In this document: positions 58,075 to 64,000 of the stretch, piece after piece
Position numbering within the stretch: position 1 is the first letter of the stretch
Layout: the number at the start of each line of letters is the position of its first letter
NCBI GenBank assembly: GCA_010093745.1
Contig: MU005959.1
Coordinates: 114,270-178,269 of the forward strand
DNA from: Piedraia hortae CBS 480.64
Lineage: Eukaryota
Reading direction: 5' to 3'
DNA length: 64,000 nucleotides
Position numbers and translations under genes: made by a program
The notes under the pieces: generated by a model
Databases searched by the model: none
What the model was told of the DNA's origin: nothing
What the model saw: the letters and a program-made list of their open reading frames with translations, nothing else

Positions 58075-58683
58075 ATGGTGGTCAAGATCTACGTAACCTA
58101 CAACGAAGTGCACAAGCTGTGCCAGGAGGGAGCGGCGCAAATCCTTTCCAAGTTCTCGCCGAACCTGATGATCGCGATTGGCGGGGGCGGGTACGTTCCG
58201 GCGCGCATCTTGCGTTCCTTCCTCAAGCAACCCGGGTCTTCCAACATTCCCATCCAGGCCATTGGCCTTTCTCTTTACGAAAGTCTCGGGCAGGAAGAGG
58301 ACAAGGTCGAGACGCCAGGGACTCAAGTGAAGCGGACGCAGTGGCTCGATCTGCGATCCTTGGAGATGGCGAACTTGATTGGCAAGAACGTGCTTATCGT
58401 GGATGAGGTCGACGACACTCGCACGACGCTGGAATATGCTGTGCGCGAGCTGGAAAAGGATGTTGCGACTGCTGCCCAAGATGCGGGGCGCACGCAAGAG
58501 GAAACAAAGTTCTTCGTCTTTGTGCTGCATAACAAGGATAAGCAAAAAAAGGGCCATCTGCCGGATAAGATGATGAAGGAGGGGAGGTACCTCGCTGCAC
58601 GGACTATAGGGGACGAGTGGATCAATTACCCGTGGGAGGCCATAGATATTGACGAACATGATCGGCTTGCCCGCGAGGGCTGA
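58075..58683 (+). CDS. XPT1: xanthine/hypoxanthine-guanine phosphoribosyltransferase (Xpt1/Hpt1 type)
   Basis: IAIGGGGYVPARILR, RTQW, VLIVDEVDDTRTTL PRPP motif, WINYPWE. Confidence 0.92.
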   Translation: MVVKIYVTYNEVHKLCQEGAAQILSKFSPNLMIAIGGGGYVPARILRSFLKQPGSSNIPIQAIGLSLYESLGQEEDKVETPGTQVKRTQWLDLRSLEMANLIGKNVLIVDEVDDTRTTLEYAVRELEKDVATAAQDAGRTQEETKFFVFVLHNKDKQKKGHLPDKMMKEGRYLAARTIGDEWINYPWEAIDIDEHDRLAREG

Positions 58684-58802
58684 TATGATGGGACGATTAA
58701 CTACAGATAGATAATTCAAAAGATGAAAGCGCCTGTCAATCCCGGGTATCACCCCAAACGCCTTGCTTCCCCTCTAAATTCGTATAGGTAGTTCGTATTG
58801 GC

Positions 58803-60011
58803 TCATCCTATGACTTCGCCCTCTTCGGGGACGGATGAGCCGGGCGTGGGCGCAGCTTCGCCGTTCACGGGCGCGCTTTCACCGTTTACGGCCTCGGCGG
58901 ACCCGGCATTGCCGTCCTGCACACGGATCTTCTCTTCCACGTGCATAGCATCGCCATTGGTGCGCAGCGTGGAATCCGGTGTGGCATCTGTGCGACGCCG
59001 TTTGACCCCATCTTCAAGGGGCGATGACTTGCCGCTGACGGGCCCATCATGATGCCCTCGCTTGCGGGAGCTGGCGGGAGGTGTGTATGGCCCGCGCGTG
59101 GGATCTGCCACGGAAGTGGAACTGTCCATATTGTCGAGCAGAGTGGACAGCCGTGAGAAGGAAGGAACGGAGCCCTCGAAGCGGTGGAGATCAGCGCCCT
59201 TGAGGCGATGGGGAGCAGCGTGGTATACGTCGCACATGTACTTGACAGCCCAGCGCAGCGTCTTGATGTCTACCCGATGTGGTTGCCACCACGGGTGGCC
59301 GTCTTTATCTGGCAGTGATTTCTCGCAATGCAGACAGGCAGCGTACAGCCCCGCAGCAGCGATTGTGTGGCTGCCCAGGAGGAGGCACAATGGCGTCTTT
59401 ACAGTCCCGGCGTAAAAGGCACAAGCCGCGTGACGCAGGTCCCGGTCCCGCTCGATGCCGCACGCCTCCATCATGGCCTGCAGCTGATTATGCGGTGAGC
59501 CGATGAGGAGATCGAAGCAGAGCGTCTCGAGTAGGGCGTCTTCATTGTCCAGGACGCACTCGGCCCAGTGCCACCAGTCGTGACTCTGGTCGTCATAGGT
59601 AATTTCCATGTTTTGGTGGGCGGCGCAAAAAAAGGCGCTGGCAAGAACTTGCAACTTCCTACAGCTCTCCTCAACCTTGGTGGCCAGAAACAACGCAGTG
59701 GCGCCAATCTCGTATGGGCTCAGTGCGCGCTCGCCGTTGACCCTGCGCTTCAGACTTTTGCGCATGAGAAATCTGTGGAAGAAGGTGGTAGCTGTGGTGA
59801 TGGTAGAGACTGGCAGTTGCGCGATGATCCCGGCCTGAATGATGAACTGCACGCATTTTGCTCGGGTATCTAGCTCGTCGACCTGCCGCATTCCATCCCG
59901 GATCGAGGGAGCCTGCGCCAGTTCGGCCTCGGTAAATCGCCACTGCTCTTCTGCATCGTCAAGTACACTTCGGGGACTCTTCTGAGGGTATCGTCGGTAA
60001 GCGTCGTCCAT
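58803..60011 (-). CDS. transcriptional cyclin (cyclin T/K, Pch1-like)
   Basis: QWRFTEAEL..APSI.DGM, TFFHRF, ATALFLATKVEE, LLETLCFDL. Confidence 0.88.
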   Translation of the reverse strand: MDDAYRRYPQKSPRSVLDDAEEQWRFTEAELAQAPSIRDGMRQVDELDTRAKCVQFIIQAGIIAQLPVSTITTATTFFHRFLMRKSLKRRVNGERALSPYEIGATALFLATKVEESCRKLQVLASAFFCAAHQNMEITYDDQSHDWWHWAECVLDNEDALLETLCFDLLIGSPHNQLQAMMEACGIERDRDLRHAACAFYAGTVKTPLCLLLGSHTIAAAGLYAACLHCEKSLPDKDGHPWWQPHRVDIKTLRWAVKYMCDVYHAAPHRLKGADLHRFEGSVPSFSRLSTLLDNMDSSTSVADPTRGPYTPPASSRKRGHHDGPVSGKSSPLEDGVKRRRTDATPDSTLRTNGDAMHVEEKIRVQDGNAGSAEAVNGESAPVNGEAAPTPGSSVPEEGEVIG

Positions 60012-60190
60012 GTGCTGGTGTGGAGGATGATCTGACCGTTGGCGCGGGCGTGCAGTGTATTGCAGCGCCAAAGCCCGATGCGGCTAGCTTGGCAAAGCTA
60101 GGCAATGCGCAGCGCGGACGCTAACCTCTTCTCCGTTAGCGTCCGCCGGAAGATTGGGACGACGGTTGGCTGTAAGTCGCGCATGGTGCC

Positions 60191-60998
60191 ATGATTCCCA
60201 GGTTGAAACTGCCCAAGTTCTCGCAATCAGCCTCGTGGCAGCACGTTCGAGGCAAAAAGACCGTCGCGCACAAGTCCACGGTTCCCGTACGTTTACGAAA
60301 AGATGTCCGGGCATTCGGAAAGAAGGGTAGGTAGTTTGGACGGACATAGGCCAATCGATAACGCTTTCCCAGGCACCATCGTGCCCATCTCACCAGGGCT
60401 TATGCGCAACAGATGGTTCCCCACTGGCACAGCCGAGTACCTGACGCAGCAGGAGATTAAGCACATAATCGTGAACAAAATCCCCGTCCACCGCAACAAC
60501 ACGTTTGGCATAGAGGAAAAGCCCATTCCCGTGGTAGAGTCCGTAAAGACCAACACAGCAGAGTTGAGAGAAGCAAGCATGTTCCAGAAAACCGACAAGG
60601 CGCCGATACAGATGACGCCAGAGCGGACTGTCCAGCTGCTGGACAAATGTCTACCTGAAAACGGCATGAAGTTTTTCCGACAGGTCGTCTTCGAGGAGGA
60701 TCCTCTAAAACATTTACAAGGAGCAGGAACACTGGACCTGCTGAAAGCCCGAGCAATACGGAAAGAAGCAGTGATATTCGATGCCGTTACCACCGCCGAT
60801 GTGTTTGCAGCAGTCAAAAAGGCCATGGCCGACAACGAAGAGGCCGCGCTGGCTATGTCTTTTGTGGAGAAGCTCACATTTGTTGGTAGCGAAGAAGCAG
60901 ACAAAGTCAAGCGGGTAGGAGATTACATGGTGGAGATGAAGCTCAAAGATTCGGACGAGACGGTGCGAAAGAAGGTGTGCGTTGTGGCGCAGGAATGA
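60191..60998 (+). CDS. mitochondrial ribosomal protein bL9m-like, 2 exons; intron 60327-60372
   Basis: Spliced VRGKK...VRLRKDVRAFGKK|GTIVPISPGLMRNRWFP matches the Ribosomal_L9 N-domain pattern; GTAGGT donor, CAG acceptor. Confidence 0.8.
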
Positions 60999-61065
60999 GG
61001 TGTAGCTGTATCTATATTTAGCAATCTATGCGGGGGAGACGGACCGCCGCCAACCCACCACCAAG

Positions 61066-62787
61066 ATGAAAGCTGTCGTGGCCGTTCTGGGCGTTGTCGT
61101 AGCTGCCGTTTCGGCAAAAGATGAGGGTCCAAAGCTGCGCGGCGTGAGTCCGGAGTGTTTGTTTTCCCTTGTATTCTCCCAAAAATGACACTTGGCTGAT
61201 GCAGGAAAAGTTTCCAAGTTCTATCAGGACACCGATGGCTTCACTTGTATCTCCAACCCGTCGCTGCGAATCCCGGCATCGCGTATCAACGATGATTTTT
61301 GCGACTGTCCCGATGGCTCCGATGAGCCCGGCACCGCTGCCTGTGCACACCTTTTGCCCTGGACGCCTCACACACCGGCCGACGCGACCAAGGTAAACAC
61401 AACGCTCGCGCTGCCGGGCTTCTACTGCGAGAACAAGGGCCACATACCCGCCCATGTACCATTCACGAGCGTCAACGATGGCGTCTGCGACTACGACGTA
61501 TGCTGCGACGGTAGCGAGGAGTGGCAGGGCGTTGGCGGCGTGCGATGCGAGAACCGCTGCGAACAAATTGGTCGCGAATGGCGGAAGCAGGATGAACTGC
61601 GACGGCAAAGCCTCGACCGGGCTCAGGCGCGGCGGAAGCAGCTGATCGAAGACGCCGGCCGCCTGCGCAAGGAGGTTGAGGATCGGATCCGCACTATTGA
61701 AACAGAAATCAGCGCCGGCGAAGTCAAGGTCAAGGATCTGGAGGCTGAACTGGCGAGCGTAGAGAAAAAAGAGAGGGCGCGGGCGAGTGGAAAGAGGTCA
61801 AGGGTCACAGTCCTTGCTGGTCTTGCAAAGCAGCGCACAGAGGAGCTTCGCAATGCTCTTTTGAGTGTCGTCCAAGAGCGCGACGCTGCACAGTCCCGTC
61901 TACGGGAGCTGGAGTCTCTCCTTACCACATTCAAGGAGGAATACAATCCCAACTTCAATGACGAGGGCGTCAAACGCGCGGTGCGAGCGTGGGAAGACTA
62001 TGCTGCGCGTGACAAAGGCAGCGAGTTCGCATCCTCTATAGATCAGGTCACGCGTCCAGACAAGGAAAACGGTCTCGACTGGGCGGAATACGAACAGGAC
62101 GACGAGCCTGAAGCAGGTAGCGTCCGCCACTACGCACTACTATCCCACGTCCCCATCGTTGGCGCCTTTCTCGATGAGAGCCTCTATTCCCTACGTCTCT
62201 GGGCCATATCCAACGGTCTCGTAGCGAGTCCATCCACCTCCACCTCCACCTCTGGAACGGATGAATCACCACTCGTTCGCGAAGCCAAGAACCGCCTTAA
62301 CTCCGCACAACAAGACCTGAACACGCAAAAGTCCTCCCTCGAAACGCACCGCAACGATCTCTCAGCAGGCCACTACGGCGAGAACGACATCTTCCGTGCA
62401 CTCAAAGGCACCTGCGTGTCCACCGACTCGGGAGAATATACCTACGAGCTGTGCTTCATGGAGCACACGACACAAAAACCAAAAAAGGGCGGCGGACACG
62501 TCAATATGGGCAACTATGTCCGCCTCGAAACGGTCACAGTCGACGAAGATCTACCAGCCGATGGAAAAGGTCTGGGATCAGGAGAGCGCATAGCCATGAA
62601 ATTTGAAAATGGCCAGCATTGCTGGAATGGACCCAGTAGGTCGACAACCGCGATACTTGCGTGTGCAGAACAGAACGAGCTTTGGAAGGTCAGAGAGGAG
62701 GAGAAGTGCGTTTACAGGCTAGAGGTCGGTACGCCTGCTGCTTGTGAAGAGCCAGTCTCGCAAGATGCGGTAAAGGATGAGCTGTAG
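61066..62787 (+). CDS. GTB1: glucosidase II beta subunit, 2 exons; intron 61157-61210
   Basis: Signal peptide, RGVSPE|FSKFY, INDDFCDCPDGSDEPGTAAC, MRH domain (YTYELCF...CWNGPSR), C-terminal KDEL. Confidence 0.95.
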
Positions 62788-63151
62788 GCTTGTTTTTAAA
62801 CAGTGTGTGCTGTGATAGACTGCTGCTTTGACGGATTTTTTAGGATGTATGAGACTGACAGACTCGTTCCTGAGAAGTTATAGTGACCATCTCAATTGCA
62901 CTCGAAGTTAACCAATGCAAGCGCACACACACTCAAAAAAAAAATTTCCTTTCCAACCTGCCGGCGCGGTCCGATTCGTCTCGATTCACTTTCCATCTGA
63001 ACCAGAACTCGAACGTCGATCAATTATCATGTCCATAGTCTCCTCGATAGACCCACCGAATCCTCTCTGCAGCCAAAAAAATAAAAATAAAATAAGACTA
63101 GACCCAACATACCCAACCCCACTACTCCCTCCCCAAACCAAAAAAAAAAAA

Positions 63152-63240
63152 TGGACACTATGGGAATTGAACCCATGACCTTTCACAGTCACACATTTAA
63201 CAAATGCGAAGCGAAAATCATACCCCTAGACCAAGTGCCC
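63152..63240 (-). tRNA. tRNA-Ala(CGC) with ~17-nt intron
   Basis: GGGCACT/AGTGTCC acceptor with G3:U70, TTCGC-TT-CGC-A anticodon arm, GGTTCAATTCC B-box, long T-run terminator. Confidence 0.92.
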
Positions 63241-63377
63241 TTGTTCTTATCATAATGTCCAACCAACCAATACATATCCATAGCTCATGCGGGGTATAGC
63301 CGAAGATCGCCCGACTGAACTTTATCAACCTTTGCCGTCTCTATCAGAAGTACTGCTGATTCAGAACCGAGTTCAAT

Positions 63378-64000
63378 ATGAACTCGACACACATCACGCG
63401 CACGTTCGCGCTCGAGAGGACAATACATCTACACGGCAGACTCTGTACTCGAGGATTCAGTTACTCAGCCGCGCTCGCCGCTGCGGCGAAGAAACCTTGG
63501 TATCAGCGTTTGAAGGATAGTTTTTTGCCGCGGTGGAGGGAGGCGGAGGAAGAGAAAGTTGCGAACCAGCTGCCGCAGCGAGAGGAGGAAGAGGAAGAGA
63601 GTGTTGTTACTGTGACGGATTCGGCGTGGACGCTGCGCAAGGGCTCGGGTGGGAGGAGGTGGAGATATCTCAATCCCGCGGAGGAGGGGGAGTATACACC
63701 CTCGTCGAACTGGGATGGGTTGGAGAGGATCCCCATTGGGGGTGGGAGGGTTTTTGAGGAGACTGAGAGGGATGCTTTGCGGTATAGTGGGTTTGTGCCA
63801 AAGGAGGCGAAAATTGAGGATCAGCAGTGGGTTAAGTTGATGCATCATGTTGTTGTTGAGGCATTTTTGATGCAGAGGAATGGGGTGTTGGAGAAGTTGT
63901 GTAATCACCGGACGGGAAAGGCGATGACGAGGCATGGGGCAATTGTTTTGAGGGATGGGCAGTTGGATGTTGCGATCTCGGATGATGTGGTTTCGTCGGT
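63378..64000 (+). CDS. probable mitochondrial ribosomal protein mL50-like (partial, runs off the window)
   Basis: Open frame from ATG 63378 (MNSTHITRTF..., presequence-like) with YTPSSNWDGLERI motif; not in the ORF track, apparently because no stop is reached. Confidence 0.55.
   Translation, partial: MNSTHITRTFALERTIHLHGRLCTRGFSYSAALAAAAKKPWYQRLKDSFLPRWREAEEEKVANQLPQREEEEEESVVTVTDSAWTLRKGSGGRRWRYLNPAEEGEYTPSSNWDGLERIPIGGGRVFEETERDALRYSGFVPKEAKIEDQQWVKLMHHVVVEAFLMQRNGVLEKLCNHRTGKAMTRHGAIVLRDGQLDVAISDDVVSS

Overview
Gene-dense, intron-poor eukaryotic DNA from a filamentous ascomycete (Pezizomycotina-type genes, short GT-AG introns with CTRAC-like branch points, intron-containing tRNAs). The species cannot be fixed from sequence alone. 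Most of the window is tightly packed housekeeping genes: SLT11, ERG6, PCD, PDB1, POL1, ERG2, OMS1-like, a FAD oxidase, GDS1-like, 3-hydroxybutyryl-CoA dehydrogenase, TOF1, SKI2, an LRR protein, Ran1/Pat1-like and Prp4 kinases, XPT1, a cyclin T/K, bL9m, GTB1, tRNA-Ala and probably mL50. Two accessory regions stand out. (1) At ~28.3-35.1 kb, between TOF1 and SKI2, there is a tandem array of six divergent paralogues of a small helical protein family I do not recognise, interleaved with three tRNA-Asp(GTC) copies. The repeat unit is [tRNA-Asp, gene A, gene B], ~2.3 kb. It includes one stop-interrupted gene copy, one tRNA pseudogene, a solo LTR with a 5-bp TSD and a shared upstream motif with AP-1-like cores. 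(2) At ~51-58 kb there is a graveyard of decayed transposon sequence (IS630/Tc1-like and piggyBac-like relics, a probable solo LTR, an interrupted ORF). Gene names come from motif recognition, not database searches.
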